From assembly GCA_963827235.1 (NCBI GenBank), contig CAWHAE010000012.1, forward strand, positions 256,001 to 320,000: 64,000 nucleotides of DNA, in the 5' to 3' direction. Origin of the DNA: an uncultured bacterium (GTDB taxonomy: Bacteria; Chloroflexota; UBA5177; JANWHV01). Both the position numbers and the translations under genes were made by a program. The number at the start of each line of letters is the position of its first letter. The first letter of the stretch is position 1. Positions 9,203 to 20,541 of the stretch are shown here, piece after piece. The notes under the pieces were generated by a model, which was not told the origin of the DNA, ran no database searches, and saw only the letters and a program-made list of their open reading frames with translations.

Positions 9203-11156
9203 TCATGGGAATGGTACGCCAGCCTTGGCGAACAGAGGAGTGCCCACGTCTTCCGTGGCCGACAAGCCATCCGCCGTGCGCCCGACGGCGTAGGCGACGA
9301 GACTACCGGATGTGGCGTGGAATTCGGCGCCCACGGGACCGGGCGGGACGCTCGTACCGGAATCCGCCACCACGTCGACGGTGGTAATGCCGCCGGCGGC
9401 GGCGACATAGGTCGCCTGCGCCGTACTCCCGTCGCTGCCGTAATAGGTCGCGTCGACCTGGATCGCTTTCGTGCCCGGGTTATAGAGGTACACGTAGCGA
9501 TCGACGGCCGTGCCATCCACCAGCTGCGTCGACAGATCGGACAGAAATACGTCGTCTGAAGAGTCGCTCTGCGCCGGAAAGTCCACGCCCGGATGCCGGC
9601 CAAGGTTCGGCGAGCCGTCGTAGTACTGTGCCGATTCCACGGCAATCACGCCTGAAGCCGTCAGGTCGACGCTGTAGACGGGGACCGCCGCCGCTCCGAG
9701 CGCCTTGTTCCCGTTGATCGTCTGCCGGGTGCTCGGGCTCACCGTCACCACGGCAGAATTGCCGATGCCATGACCCGCCGCGTCGTAGAAGGTCGCGACG
9801 ACCTTGATCGCAGGCCCGCCGATGGCCGGATTCAGCACGGTCAGGAACGCCTGGTTGCCCTGCACGTTGCCGGCACCGTCCAGGCCGCCCGAGCTCGCGT
9901 AGGCGACGCGCAGGTGCATGCCCGACGTGGTCACGCCGCCGCTCACCGTGGAGCCGAACTTGCCGGAGCCGGAGCCGTCTCCGAAATAGATGACGCGCTC
10001 GGGCACAATCGGCTGGTCGCTGCTGATGATCATGCCCACCGACTTGGCGGCGCCGTCGGCGTTGAGCGTACGGATGTTCGCCGTCGCGCGGCTGAGCGCC
10101 GGCACGGTGAGCGTCACGGTCTTGGCATCGCGCGCGTCGGCTGCCAGCGGTGCCAGCAGGATGGAGACGTTCGCAGCCGCCGACGACGGGTTGAGAACGG
10201 TCAGATACTCCTGGAAGGTGGCGCCGGTATACCCCTCGGGGAAATACCAGGATTGGCCCGGCGCCGGGACGGCCTGTGCCGTGCTGCCGTCCAGGCGCGA
10301 GCCGTCGGCGGCCACGCGCGTGATCGTGCGCGTGGCGAACAGCTGCTGCGCGGACCGCACGACCGCCGCCACGAATTTGTCCGGCCCGACGTCGGCGCCG
10401 ACGGATTCCCGCAGCACGGCGGTGGGTCCGATGCTGCGGGAAACTTCGACCGGCTTGGCAACACCCTGAATGTAGTAGGTGATGGTCGCGACGACCGTCG
10501 CGGCGCTTGGGTTCAGCAGGTTGAGCACCTCGGTGAAAGTGGCCCTGCCGTTCGTCGCCGCCACGCCCGTGTAGCCCTCGGCAAAATAGGCCGTCGTGGG
10601 CCCCCCTGGGAGTGGCGTCGGGGTGGGCGACAGCCCTGCCTTGCCGGACACCGAGGGCGATGGATTGCCCTTGCTGGTCGCAGTCGGGGACGCCATCACA
10701 CCCTTGCTGGTCGCGGTCGCGGACGCCATCATACCCTTGCTGGTCGCGGTCGCGGACGCCATCACACCCTTGCTGGTCGCGGTCGCGGACGCCATCACAC
10801 CCTTGCTGGTCGCGGTCGCGGACGCTGTCGGGGTTACGGATGCGGTCACGGTCGCGGATGGGGTTACGGATGCGGTCACGGTCGCGGATGGGGTCGCGAT
10901 GGCGGTGTCTGTGGCGATCGGCGTCACGGTTGACGTCACGGTGGCCATGGTGGCCGGCGTCACCGTCGGTTCGAGTGTAGCGGTGCCGGTGATCGGCACA
11001 GTACCAGTATCGATGCTCGTCGGTGTGGAAAGATCGCTCGCCACGACACCGGGCCGCGCGGCGATCGCCCGTACCACCATCCCGGGCGAGCCTGTCGCCC
11101 AGCAAGGTGCCGGCGACAATCAGTACGAGGAACAAGCCGATAGCGCAGATCTTCAC
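9203..11156 (-). CDS. secreted Ser/Thr/Pro-rich protein with 'YF(A/P)EGYTG' (DUF5719-like) repeats; frameshift near 11095
   Basis: AAGGAGG RBS and signal peptide MKICAIGLFLVLIVAGTLL are in ORF 9480..11156; the body is in ORF 9203..11119 (YFAEGYTG..LNLLNP, WYFPEGYTGATFQEYLTVLNP). Confidence 0.75.
10668..10889 (-). repeat. coding tandem repeats: about 5x33 bp (ASATATSKGVM) and 2x30 bp (SATVTASVTP)
   Basis: cccttgctggtcgcggtcgcggacgccatcaca repeated; ggggttacggatgcggtcacggtcgcggat twice. Confidence 0.9.
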
Positions 11157-11315
11157 CGGTCCTCCTTGAGATTGATACGTCGAGAGACTCGACTATCGGC
11201 CGCCTGATCGCCCGGCAAGGCGAGGTGTCCACCAGAGGCACATGCACTGGTGCCGCAGGTCGCGCTGCACGAGCAGCCATCCCGCGTACCGGTCCCACCT
11301 GACGGGGAAGCATGC

Positions 11316-11347
11316 CCGGCCGGGGTCGCCGAGGCGACCCCGGCCGG
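11316..11347 (-). terminator. GC-rich hairpin downstream of the CAP-domain gene
   Basis: ccggccggggtcgcc-ga-ggcgaccccggccgg, 15-bp stem, no U-tract. Confidence 0.45.
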
Positions 11348-11363
11348 CTCCGCGCCTATTGAC

Positions 11364-13465
11364 TCAGTGCCAGGTCACGGCGACGGTGGAGGACGTTGCA
11401 GCGCCCGCGGTGATGCTGGACGAGGAGCTGCTCAGCCGTGCCGTGTACTGGTGCGTCGCGGCGCCGGCCGACGACGCGGTGGCGGTGCAGGTCAGGCCGC
11501 TAGCCGCAGCTCGTGAGAATGGCGCCGTTCTCGTCGACAATATCGACGAACCAGATAGTCGGTCCCGGGTCGATGTTGGTCGAGGCGGTCAGACTCACGC
11601 TTGTGCCCGCGGCAGGCGTCGTGCTGCTGGCCGTGAAGCTCGTCAGGCAGACAGTGCCGTCCGTCGTGCAGGCGCCTGCGCCACGCCGGGCCAGCGGCCG
11701 GTGCCGCCGGTGCCGCCGGTACCACCGGCGGCCGCACTCCAGGTCACGGCGACCGTGGCGGATGTCGGCGGCACCTGGCGGTGATGCTGGACGACGAGCT
11801 GCTCAGCCGTGCCGTGTACTGGTGCGTCGCAGCGCCGGCCGACGACGCGGTGGCGGTGCAGCTCAGGCCGGAGCCGCAGCTCGTGAGAATGGCGCCGTTC
11901 TCGTCGACAATATCGACAAACCAGATGGTCGGTCCGGGATCGATGTTGGTCGATGCGGTCAGCGTCACGCTTGTGCCCGCGGCAGGCGTCGTGCTGCTGG
12001 CCGTGAAGCTCGTCAGGCAGACCGTGCCGTCCGGCGTGCAGGCGCCTGCGCCGCCGGGAGCGGCGGTGCCACCCGTGCCACCGGTACCACCGGCGGCTGC
12101 ACTCCAGGTCACGGCGACCGTGGCGGATGTCGGCGCACCTGCGCTGATGCTGGACGACGAGGTGCTCAGCCGTGCCGTGTACTGGTGCGTCGCAGCGCCG
12201 GCCGACGACGCGGTGGCGGTGCAGCTCAGGCCGGAGCCGCAGCTCGTGAGAATGGCGCCGTTCTCATCGACAATATCGACGAACCAGATGGTCGGTCCGG
12301 GATCGATGTTGGTCGATGCGGTCAGCGTCACGCTTGTGCCCGCGGCAGGCGCCGTGCTACTGGCCGTGAAGCTCGTCAGGCAGACCGTGCCGTCCGGCGT
12401 GCAGGCACCAGTGCCGCCCGTACCGCCTCCGGGAGCGGTTGCGCCGGCGATGGCGACGTCGGTGAAGTTACCGCTGGCGTCGACGGCTATGGCGTGCAGC
12501 GCGCCGGTGGCTCCCGCGGGGAGCGTTGCCGTCCAGGTGCCGTTTCCCTGGTTGGTGGCGGCAACGGTGTTGAAGGTGTTCCCGGTTTCGACAATCGATC
12601 CCGTGTAGAACACCACCCCGGTGATGGCGGTCGGGTCGCCCTGCTCGACGACGTTGGTCACCGTGGCAACCGAGCCCGCGAGGGTCGGCGCATTCAGGCT
12701 GGGCGCATTGGTGTTGGCGGTTGCGGGGGGCGTGTAGGGCGTGGCGGGCGAGTCCTGGAGGAAGTCGTCGGTGTAGTACGGCGTGAACGGGCTGGTAGGC
12801 GTGCCCGGGGCGATGCCGATGCCCACCCAATCGAAGTTGCCCAGGATATTGTGCCGATGACCCCAGGCTGACTGCGAATCCTGGTACATGAAGCCGTAAA
12901 CCGCCGAAGCCGCCGTCGACTGGCCGGCCGAGATGTTCTCGCCCTCACCGTGGCTTGCATGGGCAATTGCCGGGTTGACGGTGAACCGGGCGAAGACTCC
13001 GGTCGGCTGATTGATCGGGCTGGGGTGGTCAAAGTACGCGTACTGCGCCATCTCGCGGCTGTGGTTGAGCGAGATTTGAGAGAGGAGCGTGCCGTCCAGC
13101 TGCAGGGCGCCCAGTCCGCGGTCGGCGCGCTCCGTGTTGAAGAGGGCCAGCATCTGCTGCTGCGGCGAGAGCCCATCGAAGCCCGCGGGCAGCGTGAAGG
13201 TCGTCGCGCATCCCTCGGCCTGCCGGGCCGCGGTGAAGTTGCCGATGATGTTGGCGTCACTGGAGAAGTCGGCAGGTGGCGTGTCGTCGGCCGTGGGCGT
13301 CGTCGTTGGGCTGCAAGCCGCCGCGGCGTATGCGTGCGGCCCGGTCACAGCGCCGGCACCCAAAGCCAGCGTGCAGACGACAACGAGCGCGCAGGCGGCA
13401 CCACGAAGTAGGGCGACGTACTGCCGAAGAGTCGAGAGGGTCGAGAATCGCAGTCGTGTGCGCAT
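11364..13465 (-). CDS. secreted CAP (SCP) domain protein with three Cys-containing Ig-like C-terminal repeats; indels at the end of repeat 2 and in repeat 3
   Basis: Signal peptide ending AYA; LFNTERADRGL..L, NHSREMAQYAYFDH, GENI, WGHRHNILG, VGIG. Repeat CTPDGTVCLTSFTAS...SCGSGLSCTA...VAVTW occurs three times; last copy ends at TGA 11364. Confidence 0.8.
11368..12408 (-). repeat. three near-identical coding repeats of about 360 bp
   Basis: Blocks such as ctcagccgtgccgtgtactggtgcgtcgc recur at about 11431, 11802 and 12165. Confidence 0.9.
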
Positions 13466-13786
13466 AATGTTTATCCTGTCTGCTGGACATGCCATTCGAA
13501 GAATTACCTGGGGTAGACCGTGCGGTCGCGCCGCACCACTGGGAGCATGTTGCGGTCCCGCACGCCGTGATGGTGCTTTCCGGCAGGCGCTCACGCGCTT
13601 GCAGGCGCGGGCCGAGCCGGGACCATACGTGGCTGCCGGGTCGAAGGCCGTGCTGGCCGTGACCGGATCTTCGACCGCGTATCGACGAAGGTGGCTGCTC
13701 CTTTCGGCCCTGTAGGGAGCCAGTTCTGAGCTGTTACCGTATATTCTTCAGTTTGAACGTGTTTTATCCGCCCGGCCATGAAGAGA

Positions 13787-13815
13787 TCCCGCACAGTTCC
13801 CGCACTCTTGCCGCA
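13787..13815 (-). promoter_or_regulatory. heptamer direct repeats with 11-bp period upstream of the CAP gene
   Basis: tcccgca 13787, tcccgca 13798, tgccgca 13809. Confidence 0.4.
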
Positions 13816-14399
13816 TTCCCGCTGCATGCAGCGAGCGGCGCCCGTTCCAGCCTCGCTCAAAGCATCGGCGAGCAGAGGCCGCTCCGCCGGCAGTCCTCGG
13901 CGCCTTGTGCCGGCGTCTCCACGCCGCCCGCTCCGGCCTCACCGGTCGCGGGTGCTTGTCCGCGTCCGCTCCTCCCTGATGGTGGCCTGCACCGACAGCA
14001 GGCGCTTCGTGCCGTGCGGCAGCCCCACTGTGAGGGAGAGCGATCGGGACCGCCCATCAGCGGTCGTCCGCCGCCGGGTCAATGGCCCACGCGTCGGCTC
14101 ACACGCACAGCGTGCTCACGCGACGAACGAGCCCTGCTCACGATCTGGCTGGCGGCGAGCCGTGCCACCACTTGCCCGATCGAGCCGTCAGGTCGAATTC
14201 CTCCATACCGTTGCGGACTAGATCGCCCTCCCTCTCTTCCGTAGAAGCGTCGGGGATCCAGCAACACGAGGCAACGGCGGATTGACGCGGCCAGGCTCAT
14301 ACGGTGGGCATCAGACATGGAACAGGACGCGGATGCCGACGACGTTGCCAGGGCACTCTACTTGTTGACGCTCTGCGTCTACACCGTGCGACGTGGGCG

Positions 14400-14576
14400 C
14401 GCCAGACCGATCAAGAGGTAGCAGATCCGGTATTGCGCTGCGGCTTGATCTGGTGGTCCAGGCTGCATGGGCTGATGAGCCTGGAGGTGGAGGGACATTT
14501 CCGGTCGACGGGCTTCGATCCCGCGCTGCTCTACGACTCTGAAGTCGAGGCGCTGCTCGCCGGCGACGCCAGATGA
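14400..14576 (+). pseudogene. TetR C-terminal (WHG) domain remnant
   Basis: GLIWWSRLHGLMSLEVEGHF...DPALLYDSEV; no HTH upstream. Confidence 0.6.
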
Positions 14577-14588
14577 GGCGCGTGCCAG

Positions 14589-14990
14589 TCAACCCGTCGG
14601 CGGACGTGTGAAAAGGATGCGGAATACCGCTTGGAAGAAAGACTCCCGCTTGCCTCCCTGCAGGTGGGAGCTGCCGTGCTCCTCAGAGAAGTCGCGCTCC
14701 TCCGCCGTCAGCTCATCGAGGCCGCCGGTGTCCCTGGCGATGCCGGTCCTCTGTGCGGCCTTGACTCGATCGATGGAGCGGAAGAACAGCGAGCGATGCG
14801 AGACGAGGCCCGCCTCACTGAGCCAGGCGACGGCCGCGCTCCGGTCGCCGCACACCCCCTCTTCTACCAGGATGTCTGCCGCTGCCAGGCAATAGGGGTT
14901 GGGCCGGCAGGTGACACTACATCCTTCGCCGCCGGCCACGCCAGGGGTGGTGGAAACCGTTTGGGCCTGTTCGCCGGCATCCGAGCTCAT
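14589..14990 (-). CDS. hypothetical protein, ribbon-helix-helix-like
   Basis: VTCR...AADILVEEGVCGDRSAAVAWLSEAGL resembles CopG/RHH-like patterns. Confidence 0.45.
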   Translation of the reverse strand: MSSDAGEQAQTVSTTPGVAGGEGCSVTCRPNPYCLAAADILVEEGVCGDRSAAVAWLSEAGLVSHRSLFFRSIDRVKAAQRTGIARDTGGLDELTAEERDFSEEHGSSHLQGGKRESFFQAVFRILFTRPPTG

Positions 14991-16054
14991 AGCAGCCGCT
15001 TCTCGACTCTGACCTGAGCGACACTATCTGTCATCGTACGACCGGGCCGTGAGAATCAGACAAACGGGGCGGAGCGTCCCGAAGCCACGCCGGCGTCGGC
15101 TGCAGCTCCGACACGGAGCCCCTCGACCGGCGCTGCGAGGCCACGCCCTGGCTCAACTTCGAGCCGGCGGCGCTCGTCAGCGTATCAACATGCCCTGATA
15201 CGGCATCGAACGTGTGGCGTCTCGAGTTACTGAAGGATTTGGTCGTGCGCTTGCACTTCCGTACTTTAGCCACGACTGTCGGCCCGGCCCCCGATCCACC
15301 GCCTATGCTCTATGTCTGTCAGTGCCACGAGGCGGTGGATGCAGAAGAACAACCCGCCGCTCTCCCAACTGCCGAGACAGCAAGCGACCCTCTCCGGTGC
15401 TGGCGAGGCTCGAGCAAGCCGGTGCGTTGTCACAGCTGGCGGCGCTCACTTCGATCCGGGGCCAGTTCCTGATCGCCGCTGGCGTACGCGCTTGCGCGAC
15501 GTCACTTCGGCGCAAGATAACGGCCTCGCGATCACCCTGACAGGTGTCGAGTGCAGAGATCCGTCAACGCCATGGCTCAGGCCGCCAATGAATGTTCATT
15601 CATTGCACGTAGCATGACCCGCAAGGCATCCAGCCGATCCAGCAGTCAGTTGCAGGGAACAATGGACGAGTCCGATATGGGCGCAGATCTGACAAACCCG
15701 CCCGTGTCTGGTGCAGCGCGAGCGTGGCCACCCCGGCTGAAGTGCTCGGCTGTCGCTGGGCTACCGCCGGCTGGCGCGTTCGTGGCGGCAGCGCCGCGCC
15801 GGGACGCGTGGCACGCAGACCTCCCCGACGCCACGCAACACGGCACAGCGTCGTGCGGTGAACGTGTGAGGGTGCCCCTCGGCCGCGCGGCGCGATGAGA
15901 GCAGTCGGCGCGTCGGTTTCTCCTCGTCAGGCCACGAATGCGGGCTGTGCTGCTTCCCGATGGGTGCCACCACTGGACCGCAGCACGGTATCTCCGTGAC
16001 ATGTAGCCTCAGGATCAGGCGGTGGGTCAGCGCAGGAGCGGCAGGAGGAAGCCA

Positions 16055-16480
16055 GTGAGCGAACAGGGACTGACGACCATGCCCAGCCCATACTCTGTCC
16101 AGGAGACCATCGACCAACTCGAACGGGTCGTGCAGGCAAGAGGATTGCGCGTGTTCGCGCGCATCGACCACGCCGCTGGCGCGGCCGAGGTCGGCTTGGC
16201 GTTACGCCCGACGACGCTGGTGCTATTCGGCCATCCCCGTGGCGGCACGGCGTTGATGCAGGACCGGCAGACGGCGGGCATTGACCTCCCGCTCAAAGCG
16301 CTCGCGTGGGAGGACGAGGACGGGCACGTCTGGCTTACCGGCAACCAGGTGGGCTGGCTGGCACAGCGGCACGCCTTGACCGCGGCCAGCAGCACCGCGG
16401 TAGCGGCGCTCGAGGAGGGGCAGCTCGCCGCCCTGCGCGCCGTCACCACATCCGTGCCGCAGGGGGAGGAGGGTGCGTGA
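16055..16480 (+). CDS. DUF302 domain protein
   Basis: AGGAGG then GTG; SPYSVQETIDQL, VFARIDHAAGA..GL.LRPT..LFGHPRGGT.LMQ...GIDLPLK. Confidence 0.9.
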   Translation: MSEQGLTTMPSPYSVQETIDQLERVVQARGLRVFARIDHAAGAAEVGLALRPTTLVLFGHPRGGTALMQDRQTAGIDLPLKALAWEDEDGHVWLTGNQVGWLAQRHALTAASSTAVAALEEGQLAALRAVTTSVPQGEEGA

Positions 16481-16599
16481 GGCCCGCACGCGGCCCGACG
16501 CTCCGCCTTGGTCCACGGCTCGGCCCATCAAGGCGAAGAGGCTATTGATTGTAGGCAATTCCTGCAATGGCGCGTTGAGCTGCAGATGGAAGTATCGCT

Positions 16600-16943
16600 A
16601 TGACCACCAACCGCCAGATCGTCGCCGACGACATGACCTGGGAGATCGTGGGACGCTCGGCCGCGTCGAAGAAGTATGCCACCACCTAGCAGTTCGTCGA
16701 CGAGGTCCTCGCACCGTTCGGCGCCCGATTCCGCCCCGACGCCCCGTCCATATCCGGGCGCTTTACGAAGTCGACGCCGCCCAGACCGCGATCGTCGTCT
16801 GGGATGGCGAAGGCATCACCACCCACGCCAACACCTACGCGTGGTTTATGACCCTGCGCGGCGGCAAGGTCGTCGACGGCACTGCGTTCTACGACAGCAT
16901 CGCCTTCAATGAACTCTGGCACGACGTCACACCCACCAGGTAG
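16600..16943 (+). pseudogene. SnoaL/NTF2-like (ketosteroid-isomerase-like) pseudogene
   Basis: MTTNRQIVADDMTWEIVGRSAASKKY, in-frame TAG at 16687, then FVDEVLAPFGARF, a frameshift, and NTYAWFMTLRGGKVVDGTAFYDS. Confidence 0.75.
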
Positions 16944-17297
16944 TCCGAACGGTAGGAGGCTCTGCCGATCAATCCGTCTCTGTTTGCACCAGCAAACGCT
17001 TCCTGTGCGTGGTGCCAGTGGGCTGCCCGCTACGCCACACGCTGAGCGCACGCTTCTGCCCCTTGCGCCACAGGTCCGCTGAAGGGCTTTATGCGGTGCG
17101 ATCCCGGCTCAGATGCGCGGCGGGCTCGACCGCTCACTTGATGGCGAGTAGCGGGCGGGCACGCACGAGACATCAACGAAACCGTCGGCCGGCGTCGACG
17201 GCGACCAGCGGCTGGCGTCGCGTCGCGATGACGGATTGTGCGGTCGCGGAAAGACATGCATGAAGACTGCCGTAGGTCGGCGCCGGGGCCGCGAGGA

Positions 17298-18158
17298 TCA
17301 CCGGGCCTTGGTGGCCACCGGCTCGGTGGGAAGGGCGCTCTCGAGCCGCTGAATTGTAGCCGTCTGGCAGGCGCTTGCAGGACGATCCTTGGTTTCGTGA
17401 CAGATGGCAGCGGTCAGGTAGTTGGCGTTGCCCAGGACACCGCTGGTGATGGGGTCGATCGGATCCTGCAGCGTCCGGGCGATGCCTGCCCAGTCGAGCC
17501 CCATGAGAGCCACCACGTCATCCTTACTAGGGTAGCCGGCGGGATTGGTGTTGAGGATATAGCGGCAGTTGATGTCGATGAACGGGACGCCACCCTGACC
17601 CAGCGTGAAATCCAGTAGTTGCTGCTCGTCGGTCAACGGCTGGAGATCGTTGCGGTTGCGATCGATGGCTTCGCGCATCACGAAATCGAGATACGGGCTG
17701 CGATAGCTCGCCCTGGCGAATGTTATGGTCGCGATGTCGCCGTCATTATCTGCCGAGCGCATGTAGCGAAGTCCGGAGAAGCTGCCAAAGCGGGCGAGCG
17801 CGTTCAGCAGACTCCAGCGTTCGGCGGCGCAGTACGGGCAGAACTCGCCGCCGATGTAGAGGACCTGTGGCTTGCTGCCGCCCGGCTTCAGGGCCGGCCA
17901 CTCGATCGCGGCCAGCGGATCGACGCGAGCCGCACCCGAAGCAGAGTGGCCTGCGCCGACCGCGGCAAGCTCATCCTCGCTGATCCCCGTGACCATCCTC
18001 ACCAGCGCCGGCGACACCGGCGCGCCAAGCGTGGGAGCGGTTGGACTCGGGACAGCGGTAGGCTGCGTCGTGATGGCAAGCTTGGCTGGCCCGCCGTGCA
18101 CGACGAACCAGACCGTGGCCGCAAGGATACCAAGCATCGCTACCAGTCCAGCGAGCAT
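17298..18158 (-). CDS. DUF929 family membrane-anchored thioredoxin-like protein (start uncertain)
   Basis: TM segment, KPQVLYIGGEFCPYCAAERW, ALARFGSFSGL, GVPFID, NANYLTAAIC. Confidence 0.8.
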   Translation of the reverse strand: MLAGLVAMLGILAATVWFVVHGGPAKLAITTQPTAVPSPTAPTLGAPVSPALVRMVTGISEDELAAVGAGHSASGAARVDPLAAIEWPALKPGGSKPQVLYIGGEFCPYCAAERWSLLNALARFGSFSGLRYMRSADNDGDIATITFARASYRSPYLDFVMREAIDRNRNDLQPLTDEQQLLDFTLGQGGVPFIDINCRYILNTNPAGYPSKDDVVALMGLDWAGIARTLQDPIDPITSGVLGNANYLTAAICHETKDRPASACQTATIQRLESALPTEPVATKAR

Positions 18159-18643
18159 GGCTTGGTCAGTGCGCCAGCCCGACGGTGATGAGCGTGCGAT
18201 GGGTGTGAGCGACCCACGTACCCGGTCACTATCCACCGACACACCTACAGCAGGCCGCTCGGCAGTCCGACGCTGAGCGCTGTCACCGCTGTCCTGCTCT
18301 GGAACCCGCATACCCCGTCCCTCCGGCGTCGCAAGTATCCCTCGATTCGCGGCAAGCATAGCGCGCTGATCGACCGTAAACAATAGGAATCTGGCCATTT
18401 CGACTCCGCCGGTCGCGTCAGGTTGAGGGTGAGGGCCAGACCGAGTGCCAGGAGCCTCAGGCGCCGTGTTCGACCGCGCCATGGCCGGCAGTACGTTGCG
18501 CGTCGCCGATACGGCCCTCACTGTGCTGCAATGGCGGCAGTATGTTGGCGATCTGTGCTATCAGAAGACGTGTAGTAGCCGGCTCTGAGAGAGTCTGATC
18601 CGAACGACCTTCGCGCCAGTTGCTGCGAGCGCGTGCCGACGAG

Positions 18644-18970
18644 TCAGCCGCACGCCTTCGCGCTCTGAGCGGTTAGCTGCACTTCAGGGATGCGGCAGGC
18701 AGGCTTTCGGGCCCCTGATCGGGCATCGGGGTAGCGGCCATGAACGATGATTCGGAGGTCGCTCTGTACAGTGAACGCTTCTGCCCAGTAGGCGGCGTTG
18801 CTGTCGTCGCCGGCATTGAGCGCGGCGGCGCTGTTTTCCCTGGGCCAGGCGCAGGTACGCGCGGCCGCGGATGGCGCCTGCGTGGCGGCGGCATGCGCCG
18901 GGTATGACGCTCGAGAGGGCGCGATGATGGCCGCGACGGCGATGACACAGGCCCAGATGCCTCTAGCCAT
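18644..18970 (-). pseudogene. truncated secreted protein
   Basis: Signal peptide ending AHA, then CAWP...DSNAAYW...IIVHGRYPDAR, then an abrupt loss of coding character. Confidence 0.45.
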
Positions 18971-19094
18971 GCGACCATTATGCGGCCGTCATCCAACCGT
19001 TTCGTCCTGACAAGCCCGAAGATGTGTGCGAGCCCGGGACTGCGGGCCTCTCGCCCGTCCTCCGTGGCGGACGTGCGCACGGGCATGAGTGCCT

Positions 19095-19123
19095 GTTCAC
19101 AGATCGTTTGCAAATCGTTCACA
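19095..19123 (+). promoter_or_regulatory. GTTCACA-type direct repeats with 11-bp period
   Basis: gttcaca 19095, gtttgca 19106, gttcaca 19117, about 100 bp upstream of the secreted-protein gene at 19221. Confidence 0.45.
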
Positions 19124-19220
19124 GGTCATCACGCTGCGGTTATGGCACGGTAATCAGCCACCACTACGATGTCGGCAGTGCATCAGATCCGGTGCGCACA
19201 GGTCGAAAGGAACGAGGACA

Positions 19221-19793
19221 ATGAAGCGAGGCACTGCCAGGCGCGTGTTTCTTGGGGTAGTTCTGACCACCGCGGTGGCCGTGGTCGCGTCCACTGCCGT
19301 GAGCAACCCGGTACCTGCCGCGCATGCCGGCAGCGGCTGCAGCGGGCTGCTCCAGGGCTTGCAGTCGTGGGTGGAAACCCCGGGACAGGACATGAGCACC
19401 AACGTTGCTGACTTTGAGCTCGTCTCCAGCCGGGGGGACAACCACTACGCGTCCTACACCACGGGCAGTCTGTCGCTTGATGGGAACGCGTTGACCACCG
19501 CCTACCTGCCGTTCGGTGCAACGAGCGGCACGCAGTATTTCAGCGACCGCGCCTACAGGAGTAGCAATGGGTGGCAACCCTTCGAGGCCCAGGCAACCGA
19601 CCGGCTAGGCGTCTCGATCAATACCGCTACCGGCGCCACCACGCTGACGCTCCTCAGCTGGGGCAACGGGAAGGTGCGAATCCCGACCATGCAGTGCAGC
19701 GATGGCGTGATGTACGGGTTCAGCTCCGATACGACGCACTCCCTGTATGCCTTCAGCTTCTCCGAGGGCAACGTACCGCAGGAACCCAAGTAG
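19221..19793 (+). CDS. secreted hypothetical protein
   Basis: GAGGA RBS; signal peptide MKRGTARRVFLGVVLTTAVAVV...AAHA; beta-rich mature part. Confidence 0.8.
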   Translation: MKRGTARRVFLGVVLTTAVAVVASTAVSNPVPAAHAGSGCSGLLQGLQSWVETPGQDMSTNVADFELVSSRGDNHYASYTTGSLSLDGNALTTAYLPFGATSGTQYFSDRAYRSSNGWQPFEAQATDRLGVSINTATGATTLTLLSWGNGKVRIPTMQCSDGVMYGFSSDTTHSLYAFSFSEGNVPQEPK

Positions 19794-20261
19794 CCTCTGG
19801 GGGACGAGGGCATCTTGGTGAGCAACCCTCGCCTGGACGAGGCACGCTGATTCCCATCCACGAGTGTTCACGGGAGGGCCGCGCCGCCGACATGCAGCGC
19901 GGCCTCGCCGTCGATGCCGGCTGCGCCGACAGGCATTGCCACGTTGGTACCGGCGGCGGCGATCAGGGCGGTATCGCGGTAGGCGAGTGCATGGAAATGG
20001 AAGGCCGCTGTGCGCGCAACGACCCTCTGGCGAACCCGCCCGAGCGGCAGATCAGCCTCGTTCGGCGCGCACGCGAGGGGCGCAGATCTGACTGCCGGGT
20101 GTGCGGCACATCACGCAGATCGGCGCGACTTTGATCGTGCCGGAGTCGCTGCTCAGCATGATTGCAGAGGCGATGGGATTGTCGTAGCTTGAAAATGCTG
20201 GAACAACTTGCGCGTGGGCAGCGGGAAGCGCCAAGAGCAGCAAGCCGGATGCTGCAAGCTT

Positions 20262-20520
20262 CGCTCTACCTAGACAGGGAGTTGAGCTGGATACACAGGG
20301 CATCACTCTTCGCCGGTACTACTTCCCCTGCGGCACCAGCAAGTGGATCCCGTTCCGTCACGTGCGCCAGGTGGAGGAGCGCCCGCTCTCCTTGATTCCC
20401 GGCCGGTACCGTCTATGAGGTTCGAGCGACCTCCGGCAGCGGTTTCCGCTGGACTGGCGTCGGCTCGGCAAACGCGGTGCGATCGTCCTCGACCTGATGT
20501 GCGTGTGCCCGCTCAACTGC
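20262..20520 (+). pseudogene. conserved small hypothetical (PH-like) pseudogene
   Basis: Manual translation ELDTQGITLRRYYFPCGTSKWIPFRHVRQV...GRYRL*GSSDLRQRFPLDWRR..K..AIVLD; TGA at 20416 where Trp is expected. Confidence 0.55.
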
Positions 20521-20541
20521 TTGAGTGAAGGGAGCAAGGGG

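Noticed and set aside
11193-11219. GCCGATAG as a sigma28 -10 box upstream of the Ser/Thr-rich gene
   Set aside because: There is no TAAA -35 element at the 15-nt spacing.
11368-12408. Long direct repeats as a possible CRISPR array or IS copies
   Set aside because: They are in-frame protein domain repeats of about 360 bp, with no unique spacers and no cas or transposase genes.
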